DNA from: Candidatus Berkelbacteria bacterium | Lineage (GTDB): Bacteria > Patescibacteriota > UBA1384 > JACPKC01 | Assembly (NCBI GenBank): GCA_016187225.1 | Contig: JACPKC010000007.1 | Location: forward strand, 7,654 to 71,653 | DNA length: 64,000 nucleotides | Direction: 5' to 3' | Shown here: positions 38,267 through 47,543 of the stretch, in pieces | Layout: every line of letters begins with the position of its first letter | Position numbering within the stretch: the first letter of the stretch is position 1 | Program-made: the position numbers and the translations under genes | Notes under the pieces: generated by a model | The model's database searches: none | Seen by the model: only the letters and a program-made list of their open reading frames with translations | What the model was told of the DNA's origin: nothing

Positions 38267-39760
38267 CTACACAGCGTAGGGTTCGCGGGCCTTGGCAAGA
38301 TCGGTTGCCACCGAACCGATAATCGGAAAAAGATTGTTGGCAAAATCCTCTATTAAATGAATGTCGCCGGTACTGGCATACCAATCAGGTGGATTAAATT
38401 TGAACTGCGCAAAGCGTTCAGTCCACTCGACTTCGACACCCAGAATCACGGCGTAGGGCAAGTATTCTTCATAGAGGTTTGGATTTTTAGCAATCTCGAT
38501 CGGCTGCGAGCCCACCAAAAAATTGCGAAACTTAATCCATTCTTGATATTCTTTATCGCCCTGCTTAGTGCGCCGTGGCAGAAAAGGTGTCACCTGTTGC
38601 ATCACGATCCCAACAAAGAAGAGACCCGCCCAGCCAAGTAAGTAGAAGTACGGTTCAGGTCCGAAGAAAAGACTTGTGAGAAACCCAATGAGAGCGATAC
38701 TCACTACTAGTAAAGCAAGCATCCGATAACGGCGATACATTGCTTCAGGGTTGCGCACAAACCAACCCAGCTCAACCGCTTCGTCGTACATAGCAAGGTA
38801 GGTTTCGGCAACTTTTTGCGAAAAGATATGCCGGCCGAGACGCATCTGAATGTCTTCGTTTGTGCTCGATCGCACGTCGGCTAGAAAAATTTTGTCGAGC
38901 AAGGTGCGTTCGAATGGTTTCAGATCGGTTGGGGAAGAAAGAAGTGGCGCGCCTACGTGATCGATCGAGCGGCGTTTGCCAAAGGAAAAACCATCCTTGC
39001 GATGAATAACCTGAATGTAACCACGCTGGGCTAAATCCAGGAGAGTGGCGGCAAGGGAGCGTGGCGAAACCTTGCCCTGGACTAAAATGCCAACGATCGA
39101 AGGCGAAACTTTGGCTGGCAAATCGTTGCGTTCCTCGACAATTTTAGGACCGCGCCAACCTCTAACGGCTTTGCGAAGCATTGCTGAAAACAAAATCAGC
39201 GCCAAAATTGGCAAGCCGAGCGCCAAACTCAGCCAAACGCTTGGATCAAGCGTTCGCAAACTATCAACGCTCTGCCGCCAAAAATTCGGCTTCACAACCC
39301 CTTTAGGCAAAACGAGATCGAGGCGATATTGAGATTTTGGCGTAAGATTTTGCGCTTTATAGATGACGCGATTGTCGTTCACAATCGGATCGCTCAAACT
39401 GACGCCTTCGGTTGCAAAATGGCGAGCAATCACGAGTTCCGCCGACACTGGCCTGGGTAAAGTAATAGTTGTTGTCAACTCGTCGATAAAACTTTGATCG
39501 GCCTCGTAAGCCTGATAATTAAAAATATCCCGCTCTCGATTAAAGACGATTAAACCAGGTAATTTTTCGCCATTCACAGTCGTCGTGCCGCCATCTTCAA
39601 GACGAATGTCTAGGCTGGCAACTGAAGTGCTTACCAAAGCAATTCGGCGAGTGGCCGCTTCGCTCGTCTGCGAACGCACATACCCCACACCCGCGCCAGC
39701 TAAGACGCCGATCAGCAAGAAAAAAACTAAGTGCCGACTATAGAGCCCAATCGAAACCAT
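38267..39760 (-). CDS. DUF2207-like membrane protein
   Basis: ATLLDLAQRGYI, YEEYLPYAVILGV..W, PDWY motifs and TM pattern. Confidence 0.8.
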   Translation of the reverse strand: MVSIGLYSRHLVFFLLIGVLAGAGVGYVRSQTSEAATRRIALVSTSVASLDIRLEDGGTTTVNGEKLPGLIVFNRERDIFNYQAYEADQSFIDELTTTITLPRPVSAELVIARHFATEGVSLSDPIVNDNRVIYKAQNLTPKSQYRLDLVLPKGVVKPNFWRQSVDSLRTLDPSVWLSLALGLPILALILFSAMLRKAVRGWRGPKIVEERNDLPAKVSPSIVGILVQGKVSPRSLAATLLDLAQRGYIQVIHRKDGFSFGKRRSIDHVGAPLLSSPTDLKPFERTLLDKIFLADVRSSTNEDIQMRLGRHIFSQKVAETYLAMYDEAVELGWFVRNPEAMYRRYRMLALLVVSIALIGFLTSLFFGPEPYFYLLGWAGLFFVGIVMQQVTPFLPRRTKQGDKEYQEWIKFRNFLVGSQPIEIAKNPNLYEEYLPYAVILGVEVEWTERFAQFKFNPPDWYASTGDIHLIEDFANNLFPIIGSVATDLAKAREPYAV

Positions 39761-39791
39761 TCTCCTCCTAGTAAACGTGTTCCTCGATAAT

Positions 39792-40760
39792 TTATGCTTG
39801 GCAAAACCGCTGAACTACAAAAAGTTCCAGACCGGTATCTGCATCCATCATACCACGCTTAACTTTGAGATCGAGATTTGAGAGCGCTTGAAAAAATTGC
39901 GCTACGGTTTTCGAAGTGAGTTTTTTGGCGGACGCAAGATGCTTGCTAATCACGAATGGTTTCAAATTTGTGTGAGCCGCGATCGCCGTCGATGATGTCA
40001 AGCCTCGATCGAGCGCATCGCGAATCAAGGCGAGGGTGCGGATCGAGCTTGCGAGCAGGGCAATGAGGTATTGTGAATTCTCCCCCTGCTCTAGGAGGAG
40101 ACTAAGTTGCTTGAAGGTTGATGCTTGATTGCCAGAAACAAGAGCGTCGGTAAGCTGAAAAACATTGATCATCGGAGCTGATCGCACCAAGAGTTCGACG
40201 TGATCAGGGGTAATCTCGCGCTCTTCCACTGGTTCGTCGGCGAGATAAGTGGCGAGCTTCTCAAGTTCGGTCGCCAAGCGCCAACTATTGCCACCGAGTC
40301 GAATAATCAGTTCCTGCCGGGCTACCGGGCCGATCTTGACCGTGCGCAAAGTCAGAAACTCCTCGATCCAACGCTCAAGCAATAAACCCGCCAGCGGAGC
40401 AAATTCTTGAGACTTCGCCTGCTTGACTAGCGTTTTAAAAATTTGAGTCCGTCGATCTGGCAAGCCCGATTCATAGACAAGAGCGACCGTGCTTTCGGGA
40501 ATCTTTGGCATGAGATCAAGAAATTTTTCCTGAAGCGGTTTAGCGCCTTTGGAAAGTAGATTTTCAATAATCACCAGGCGCGTTTTAGCCAGAAATGGGA
40601 AAGCCAGTAAAGAATTTGCCAAGACATCGGGCTCAAGTTCGGCCGCGAGATGATGACTTAAGTTCGTATCGCCCAAACTCGCGTCAATATACCTCGTCTT
40701 GAGTTCGTGAAGTTTCTGGAAACTCCGATACCCATCCTCACCATAGAAGAAAATAATCAT
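39792..40760 (-). CDS. holA: DNA polymerase III subunit delta
   Basis: MIIFFYGED, PFLAKTRLVII, ELEKL, VFQLTDA, DLKVKRG. Confidence 0.9.
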   Translation of the reverse strand: MIIFFYGEDGYRSFQKLHELKTRYIDASLGDTNLSHHLAAELEPDVLANSLLAFPFLAKTRLVIIENLLSKGAKPLQEKFLDLMPKIPESTVALVYESGLPDRRTQIFKTLVKQAKSQEFAPLAGLLLERWIEEFLTLRTVKIGPVARQELIIRLGGNSWRLATELEKLATYLADEPVEEREITPDHVELLVRSAPMINVFQLTDALVSGNQASTFKQLSLLLEQGENSQYLIALLASSIRTLALIRDALDRGLTSSTAIAAHTNLKPFVISKHLASAKKLTSKTVAQFFQALSNLDLKVKRGMMDADTGLELFVVQRFCQA

Positions 40761-40884
40761 AATAGAACTTTCTCACTTTTCTCTTTAGATGTCATTGCGA
40801 GGAGGATACTGTCTTCGAGGATAAGTTTCGGGAATTTGCCACCCCCGCTTGCGTCAAAGATAAAGTTACAGTTATCATTATGTT

Positions 40885-41163
40885 ATGAAGCTTAAGCAAC
40901 CAATTACAATCCATCTTTCAGGGCGGCAGGTTAAAGAGATCAATCGCAGTTATAGGCGTCTTGGTTATCGCTCCCGTTCCTCATATCTGCGCGACATTTT
41001 AGATTTAACCGAAGCGACTCAAATCCACCAAAAACGTCCTTTGAACGAGATCAAGACAGAACTGGCCGCCACTTACCCCAATAACCCTAAATTAGTTAAT
41101 GAGATTGTTAGCGGTTTAAGCAAATCTTCACTCTATGCCAAGCGTCGCGCACCTGCGTCCTGA
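40885..41163 (+). CDS. Putative antitoxin with RHH/CopG-like N-terminus
   Basis: ITIHLS...GYRSRSSYLRD; overlaps the downstream RelE-like ORF. Confidence 0.65.
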   Translation: MKLKQPITIHLSGRQVKEINRSYRRLGYRSRSSYLRDILDLTEATQIHQKRPLNEIKTELAATYPNNPKLVNEIVSGLSKSSLYAKRRAPAS

Positions 41164-41389
41164 TCTTGTAAAGACACTGCGGCGTTATCAGCTCGAGAAA
41201 AAATTTGCCAAACAGCTAGCGCTCTTTATTAACAATCCTCGTCACCCATCACTTAATACCGAATTACTTGAACCGAAAAAGCGGGGGCTTTATTCATTAC
41301 GAATCGATCGAAAATTTCGGGCAATCTATATTTTTCTTAGCCGCGATTTAGCGGAAATTATCAGCATCACGCATCACTATAATGATTAA
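41135..41389 (+). CDS. RelE/ParE superfamily toxin
   Basis: NPRHPSLNTELL...LYSLRIDRKFRAIY...IISITHHY. Confidence 0.8.
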   Translation: MPSVAHLRPDLVKTLRRYQLEKKFAKQLALFINNPRHPSLNTELLEPKKRGLYSLRIDRKFRAIYIFLSRDLAEIISITHHYND

Positions 41390-42609
41390 TCTCCTCGAAT
41401 GTTTTCCATCTCTGCCCAATTCTTGCCGCATTTAGCCTCGGTCACGATTGGCACGGCTAAATCAATCACCCCTTCCATAATCTTTTGGATCCGACTAATT
41501 ACCGACGACTGGACGTTAATTGATTGCGGCGCCTCGAAAACAAGTTCGTCATGCACCTGAAGAAGCAGGGCCGCATCTTTTTCTTCAATCTTTTGATTGA
41601 TCTCGATCATTGCCAGAGCCATAATTTCAGCTTCAGCGCCCTGAATCGGATGGTTGATCGCAACGCGTTCGGCAAATGAACGCAAGGTTGAATTTGAGCT
41701 GTTGATTTCTGCCAGATAGCGACGACGACCGAGGAGAGTTTCGGCATAGCCGCGCTCCCTCGCCTCGGCCTGCGCAATTTCAACCCATTCGCCAAGTTTA
41801 GGGTAAGTCGCAAAATACTGGTCGATAAACGCCTGGGCTTCCTCGTGACTGATATGCAACGCCTCTGAAAGCCCGTAGGCGCCTTGGCCAAAAAGCACCC
41901 CAAAGTTAATTGCCTTGGCGACCCTTCGATCAACACTCATCTTGGCGGCGGTGGCAGTATGAATATCTTCGCCCTTGAGAAAGGCTTGCTTCAAGTTTTC
42001 ATCACCTGAAAGATGGGCGGCAATGCGCAGTTCAATTTGAGAATAATCGATTGAAAATAGTTTTTTGCCTCGAGGCGCGCTAAAAGCGGCCCGAATCTTA
42101 CGGCCGTCTTCGCTCCGAACGGGAATGTTCTGTAAGTTCGGGTTCCGGCTCGAAAGACGCCCGGCGGCGGTGTCAATTGAGTAGTGCGTATGCAAACGCC
42201 CTTCGGCATCGACGAGTTTTGGAAGCGGTTCTATATACGTAGAGAGAAGTTTTTTCTTTTCGCGATATTCTAGCACAAGCGGAACGATTGGATGCAGGTT
42301 GAAAAGTTTATTCAGTTGAGCGGCGGCTGTCGAGCGACCGGTTTTGGTTTTACGAATATGAATCTCGTCGCCAGAATCAAGATGCAGTTCGGCATAGAGA
42401 ATGCCCGCGAGTTGGCGTGGCGAATCAAGCGTAAACTCGTGGCCAGCCTCACGATAGATTTTTGCTCTCAACACATCCAGCTCGACCGCGTAACTTCTGG
42501 CGAGTTTGTCCAGATAGCGAGTGTCAAGCAAGATGCCGCGAGTCTCCATCGAACGGAGAATCGGCTCAAGCCGAGCCTCTAATTCTTTGATCGATAGTAG
42601 ATTTCTCAA
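41386..42609 (-). CDS. polA: DNA polymerase I, polymerase domain only
   Basis: GRLSSRNPNLQNIP, DYSQIELR, AKAINFG, LQVHDEL; TTG start overlapping the upstream TGA. Confidence 0.92.
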   Translation of the reverse strand: MRNLLSIKELEARLEPILRSMETRGILLDTRYLDKLARSYAVELDVLRAKIYREAGHEFTLDSPRQLAGILYAELHLDSGDEIHIRKTKTGRSTAAAQLNKLFNLHPIVPLVLEYREKKKLLSTYIEPLPKLVDAEGRLHTHYSIDTAAGRLSSRNPNLQNIPVRSEDGRKIRAAFSAPRGKKLFSIDYSQIELRIAAHLSGDENLKQAFLKGEDIHTATAAKMSVDRRVAKAINFGVLFGQGAYGLSEALHISHEEAQAFIDQYFATYPKLGEWVEIAQAEARERGYAETLLGRRRYLAEINSSNSTLRSFAERVAINHPIQGAEAEIMALAMIEINQKIEEKDAALLLQVHDELVFEAPQSINVQSSVISRIQKIMEGVIDLAVPIVTEAKCGKNWAEMENIRGD

Positions 42610-43532
42610 AACAATGTCTCCTGTTTGGTTGCGCTCTGGCTTTTGGGTAAACGAGTAATTAACGATCTAAAACCCAGTTCGGCAAACATTTTTTTCGCCC
42701 GGTCTTCAGCGTAATGTTTCACGCGACAAGCCGATAGATCAAGTTCAATCGGCACATCGATTCGAATTGTGGCAAGTTTTTTAGAGATAAAAGCGCTATC
42801 GGCAAACTTGCACAGCTTCTCGCGAAGTTTTGCCGACACTTGAGGTATTTCAACTGATTCAAGGTCGCACTGCAAAGACGCATAGAGTTTTTCGATCGAA
42901 CCAAAAGCGTGAATAAGCTGTTTGGCAGTTTTTTCACCCACTCCGGGCACACCCGGGATATTGTCAGACGCATCGCCCCGAAGCGCTTTGTAGTCTACAA
43001 CCGATTCAGGCCCAAAGCCATAATGTTCACGCACTTTCCCGGAATCAATAAGTTCGGCTACTCTGGCGCCACGACTCACGTTGAACACCTTGATCTTTCG
43101 ACTAACAAGTTGATAGGCGTCGTGGTCGCCGGTGACGATGAGCGTCTCGACTTGTCGATTTTCTGCTTGCCGAGCAAGCGTGCCAATCACGTCATCGGCT
43201 TCATATCCAGGCACGCTGAAACCGGGCAGATCAAAGGCCGCCACGACCTCGCGCACGATTGGAAATTGAGTCTTAAGCGCCTCGGGCGCTTCGGGGCGAT
43301 GCGCTTTATAGGCGGCAAAATCTTCGTGGCGAAAAGTTGGCCCGGGCTCATCAAAGGCAACTGCCAAGTAGAAGGGATTGAGAGTTTCGATCACATGCAG
43401 GAGGGTTGAGGCAAATCCATAGACGGCATTCAACGGTTGACCGCGGTGTGTGAGCGGCGGAATTGCATGAAAGCTCCGATGAACCAACGCGTGCGCGTCA
43501 ATCAAAACAAGCTGACGCTTATCTTGGCTCAT
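42606..43532 (-). CDS. Stand-alone 5'-3' exonuclease / flap endonuclease (PolA N-terminal domain)
   Basis: LIDAHALVHRSFHA, YKAHR, EADDVIGT, TGDHD, GDASDNIPGVPGVGEKTA; ATG 43532; ends KQETLF. Confidence 0.92.
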   Translation of the reverse strand: MSQDKRQLVLIDAHALVHRSFHAIPPLTHRGQPLNAVYGFASTLLHVIETLNPFYLAVAFDEPGPTFRHEDFAAYKAHRPEAPEALKTQFPIVREVVAAFDLPGFSVPGYEADDVIGTLARQAENRQVETLIVTGDHDAYQLVSRKIKVFNVSRGARVAELIDSGKVREHYGFGPESVVDYKALRGDASDNIPGVPGVGEKTAKQLIHAFGSIEKLYASLQCDLESVEIPQVSAKLREKLCKFADSAFISKKLATIRIDVPIELDLSACRVKHYAEDRAKKMFAELGFRSLITRLPKSQSATKQETLF

Positions 43533-45738
43533 AAATCTCTGGCCAGGATGCAATCGCAAGCAAATCTGAATCACGCTGGTGCGCAGGCAATCTCTGCCAA
43601 ATCGTTTCGGTGATAAAGGGCATAAACGGATGGAGAAGTTTAAGGGAAGTCGCGAGAACGGCGTAAAGAATTTGAGCGGTTGAGTTTCGAGTTGACTCAT
43701 CATCAAGTTGTGCCTTGCTCGCCTCAAGATACACATCGGCAAACTCATGCCAAATGAAATGGTAGATTCGCTCGGCGGCTAAGTGGAGCTGGAAAGTTTC
43801 CATGTCTTGAGTGATTTGATCGACGGCTTGGTTGAGCGCCGCTAGGATGACCCGGTCGGCCTCGGTTTTGGGACGAATGGCATTCTTCTGGCGGCTACTG
43901 TTAACGGCTAGTTGTCCACCATCCGAACTCATCAAAACAAACCGAGCGATGTTCCAAACTTTGTTGGCGAAGTGTTTGTAGGCTTTTACTTTCTCGAGAT
44001 CAAACTTGACGTCGCTACCTGGCGCCACACCGACGATTAGGCTCATTCGAAGCGCGTCTGTGCCGTACTCGTCAATCACTTCAAGCGGGTCAATGCCGTT
44101 GTCAAGTGATTTGCTAAATTTCCGCCCGTCCTTAGCGCGTACGACCCCATGGATGAGAACCGTCCGGAATGGAATCTCACCCAGGAGATAGCCGGACATC
44201 ATAATCATTCTCGACACCCACAAAGTCAGAATTTCATAACCGGGGTTAATCACGCTCGTCGGGTGAAATGTTTTGATATCTTCAGCAGTAGCCGGCCACC
44301 CGAGTGTTGAAAATGTCCAAAGCGCTGAACTAAACCAGGTATCGAGTGTGTCCGGGTCCTGTTCCCAACCCTCGCCGTCAGGCACCTCGACTCCGACGTA
44401 GAGTTCGTCGCCTCGATACCAGACCGGGATACGGTGGCCATAGAGAATTTGACGGCTAACGCACCAATCGCGAAGGTTATCAACCCAGTGAGCATAGATC
44501 TTGCGAAAATGCTCCGGAACAATTTCGATCTCGCCGCTCTGAACAACAGTTTGCATAATCTCTTGTAAGGTTGCCTCACTCCCGCTTTTGAGACCCTGCA
44601 GTTTTGAGTTTGCAAGATGGAACGGCTTGTCAACATCGACGAACCACTGAAGTTTCGGCAAAGGTTCAATTACCCCGCCGGTTCTTTCAGATTTGGCAAG
44701 GCTATGAAGAATCGATGTTTCTTTCTCAATTAGGCCTTCGGCTCGAAGTTTGGCCACTATAAGCTCTCGCGCCTCGATAATTTTCCGACCATTAAATTCA
44801 GGCGAGACGTTCTCGATTTTGGCGGACTCGTTAATCACAGCCTTGAGTGACAAATGATGACGCTCGGCCATCTCCCAGTCGATCATCGAGTGAGCCGGGG
44901 TAACGCCGACGGCGCCAGTGCCAAATTCAGGATCGACGGCTTGATCGGCAATAATCTTGATCTCAAGAGGCAAACCCACAAATCGCACTTTGTGGGTTTG
45001 CCCGACATATTCTTTGTACCGCGCATCGTCAGGATGGACGGCAACGGCAACGTCGCCCAACTTTGTTTCCGGCCGAGTTGTGGCAATGGGAATCGGAAAC
45101 TCTTTTGCATACCGAAAAATGTAAAAAGTGGTCGAGACTTCTTCATAGACAATCTCGTCGTCGGAAAGAGTCGTTTGCCCCTTCGGATCCCAATTAACAA
45201 CGCGGTTGCCGCGATAGATCAGTCCATCGTCATACATCCGCTTGAAAGCAGTCCGAACGGCCCGCTCTCGCTCCTCATCAAGCGTAAAAGCCAAACGCGA
45301 CCAATCGACCGAATCGCCCAGTCGCTTCATCTGTCCGAGAATTTGGCTCTGATTTTCAAGCGCGAATGCCTGAACTCGCTCAAAAAACTCTTCCCGAGAA
45401 AAATCATGCCGCGTTTTCTTTTCTTTTTTATAGAGGTCTTTCTCGTATCGAGCCGTGGTGGCGATCGCGGCGTGATCGGTGCCAGGCGCCCAAAGAGTGC
45501 GATCGCCGCGCAAGCGATGATAACGAACTAACGCATCTTGAAGGCTATGTTCAAAAGCATGACCAATATGGAGCGTGCCAGTCACGTTCGGCGGTGGCAG
45601 AGCAATTGAAAACGTCTTGCCCGTTCGGGATGCTTGCGGCGCAAAAACGCCCCACTCTTCCCAGAGTTTATAGATCTCGCGTTCGTGATTCTCCGCAGTG
45701 TAACGCGGAGGCAGGTGTTCTGTATCGTTCATTGCCAT
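43519..45738 (-). CDS. valS: Valine--tRNA ligase (short form)
   Basis: PPPNVTGTLHIGH, GTDHA, TTRPET, DWCVSRQ, DTWFSS, KFSKS, LLHPFMPFITE. Confidence 0.97.
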   Translation of the reverse strand: MAMNDTEHLPPRYTAENHEREIYKLWEEWGVFAPQASRTGKTFSIALPPPNVTGTLHIGHAFEHSLQDALVRYHRLRGDRTLWAPGTDHAAIATTARYEKDLYKKEKKTRHDFSREEFFERVQAFALENQSQILGQMKRLGDSVDWSRLAFTLDEERERAVRTAFKRMYDDGLIYRGNRVVNWDPKGQTTLSDDEIVYEEVSTTFYIFRYAKEFPIPIATTRPETKLGDVAVAVHPDDARYKEYVGQTHKVRFVGLPLEIKIIADQAVDPEFGTGAVGVTPAHSMIDWEMAERHHLSLKAVINESAKIENVSPEFNGRKIIEARELIVAKLRAEGLIEKETSILHSLAKSERTGGVIEPLPKLQWFVDVDKPFHLANSKLQGLKSGSEATLQEIMQTVVQSGEIEIVPEHFRKIYAHWVDNLRDWCVSRQILYGHRIPVWYRGDELYVGVEVPDGEGWEQDPDTLDTWFSSALWTFSTLGWPATAEDIKTFHPTSVINPGYEILTLWVSRMIMMSGYLLGEIPFRTVLIHGVVRAKDGRKFSKSLDNGIDPLEVIDEYGTDALRMSLIVGVAPGSDVKFDLEKVKAYKHFANKVWNIARFVLMSSDGGQLAVNSSRQKNAIRPKTEADRVILAALNQAVDQITQDMETFQLHLAAERIYHFIWHEFADVYLEASKAQLDDESTRNSTAQILYAVLATSLKLLHPFMPFITETIWQRLPAHQRDSDLLAIASWPEIYEPR

Positions 45739-45772
45739 TCCAATATACGCTTCGCATTAACAGGAGTAAATA

Positions 45773-46330
45773 CTACTCAAACGCTTTCACTTTCCGCGCC
45801 GCTTCAGCGGCCAGCTCGGTCTTGCCAAGATTCTTATAGCCAACCTCCAAGAGTTCATAGGTATAGCCATGAATCGGATCGGCTTTTTGAGCAATTTCAA
45901 GATACCTCACCGCCTCGCGGGTGTGATCGAGCGCCAAAGTATTATCTAAATTCCAAAGCTGATCCGCCCGTTTTAATTCGGCAAAACCGGCATAAACAGC
46001 CGCGTCTCGATAGTTTGGATCCTTCAAACTCATTGCCCGCAAATAAATCGAACCCAGCCGATATTCTTCTTTAGAAACTAGTTCGACTCCGCGCTTGACC
46101 AGGAGAATCGGGTCGATATTCTGGCGCGAGAGCGTTTCGAGAAGCGCGGTTTCGGCGCGAAAACCTACCGCCTCATTTTGAGCCGACTCCGCGCTGACGC
46201 TCGCCGCCTGGCTAGTGCCCCAAATAAGCAAAGAACCAGCAACAATCAGAGCGCTCCCATAAAGAAGAACGCGCCTCTGCCACGGGGCAAATTGAGAATC
46301 AAATTCCCTCATCTTCAGTATAGTAATCAT
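45773..46330 (-). CDS. Membrane-anchored TPR-like protein
   Basis: N-terminal TM helix; DPNYRDA and A..ADP helical-repeat patterns; start may be the second Met. Confidence 0.7.
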   Translation of the reverse strand: MITILKMREFDSQFAPWQRRVLLYGSALIVAGSLLIWGTSQAASVSAESAQNEAVGFRAETALLETLSRQNIDPILLVKRGVELVSKEEYRLGSIYLRAMSLKDPNYRDAAVYAGFAELKRADQLWNLDNTLALDHTREAVRYLEIAQKADPIHGYTYELLEVGYKNLGKTELAAEAARKVKAFE

Positions 46331-46351
46331 TCATGCGGAATGAGTGAAGAG

Positions 46352-47440
46352 CTAGGTCAAGCGCATCGAGGCGTCGGCGACTAAAGGCTTCGACAAATAA
46401 CGGCGCGGCGTTTCAAAGTAACGCACCAAGCCGGCGGCGCCGATCATCGCGGCATTGTCGGTTGTATATTCCAGTTCGGGCAAAAAAAGCGGCGTCGAAA
46501 GTTTTACGAGTCCATCACCCAAACGTCGACGGAGTTCGTAATTGGCGGCAACACCGCCCACAAGCGCGACGCTGGTCGGTCGATGTTCTTGAGCCGCGCG
46601 ACACGTTTTGGCAATCAGCACATCAAGAATTGCGTCTTCAATCGCGGCCGCGGCGGCATCGGTGTCGCGCGGCAAAACGATATCGCCACGATTGAGCGCG
46701 TAACGAACCGCTGTTTTTAAGCCTGAAAAACTAAAGTTGAAATCTTTACTCGCGAGCATTGGCCGCGGCAAAACGATTTTCAAGTTCGCGCCATTCTCGC
46801 GAGCGCGCGCGGCGGCTTGGGCAATTTCCGGCCCGCCTGGATACCTCAACTCGAGCAAGCGCGCCGTTTTATCGAAAGCCTCGCCAGCGGCATCGTCAAC
46901 GGTTTTGCCAAGAATCTCGTAATCGAAATGTTCGCGCATGAGAACGAGACTTGTGTGGCCGCCCGAAACTGTGAGAATCAACAGGGGAAAACGCGGCAAG
47001 GTCTGCGCGGGTTGCAGAAAAGTTGAATAGATATGCCCTTCCCAGTGATTGACCGGAATCGTTGGCTTGCCCATGATGGCGGCCAACTGACTGCCGGTGG
47101 TTGCACCGATCAAAAGCGGACCGATCAAGCCTGGCCCGACCGTGACCGCAATGGCGTCAAGCGTTTTGAGAGCGCGATAAATTTGAGAGCCGGCTTGAGT
47201 TGGCCTCTTAATCAAACCTGCCTCTTTGAGAGCGAGGGCGATGACTGGAATGATGCGGCGAGTATGTTCGCGCGCCGCGAGATCGGGAAAGACGCCGCCA
47301 TATTCGGCATGAAGCGCCGCCTGACTGGCCACGACATTCGACAAAACAGTAAAAGGCGCGTCGAGATTCCCCTCGATAATTGAAGCGGCTGTCTCATCGC
47401 AACTCGTTTCGATCGCCAGAATTCTGGGTAGCGACTGCAT
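46352..47440 (-). CDS. tsaD: tRNA N6-threonylcarbamoyltransferase TsaD
   Basis: ILAIETSCDET, GPGL, HWEGH, VSGGHT, DDAAGEAFDK, FSFSGLKT, TDNAAMI. Confidence 0.97.
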   Translation of the reverse strand: MQSLPRILAIETSCDETAASIIEGNLDAPFTVLSNVVASQAALHAEYGGVFPDLAAREHTRRIIPVIALALKEAGLIKRPTQAGSQIYRALKTLDAIAVTVGPGLIGPLLIGATTGSQLAAIMGKPTIPVNHWEGHIYSTFLQPAQTLPRFPLLILTVSGGHTSLVLMREHFDYEILGKTVDDAAGEAFDKTARLLELRYPGGPEIAQAAARARENGANLKIVLPRPMLASKDFNFSFSGLKTAVRYALNRGDIVLPRDTDAAAAAIEDAILDVLIAKTCRAAQEHRPTSVALVGGVAANYELRRRLGDGLVKLSTPLFLPELEYTTDNAAMIGAAGLVRYFETPRRYLSKPLVADASMRLT

Positions 47441-47543
47441 ATTTTGGAGTATGCTCCAACTCCCCACTTATTCAACCTCATTGCAGACCTCGACTCACCC
47501 TTGACGATTTACTCTTCGCGCATTACCCACTACTCTTATATAT

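Noticed and set aside
44854-45531. Long antisense ORFs over valS, rnj, pnp, recA and the GC-rich genes at 53.5-56.1 kb
   Set aside because: They shadow well-supported genes on the other strand and have no motifs or RBS.
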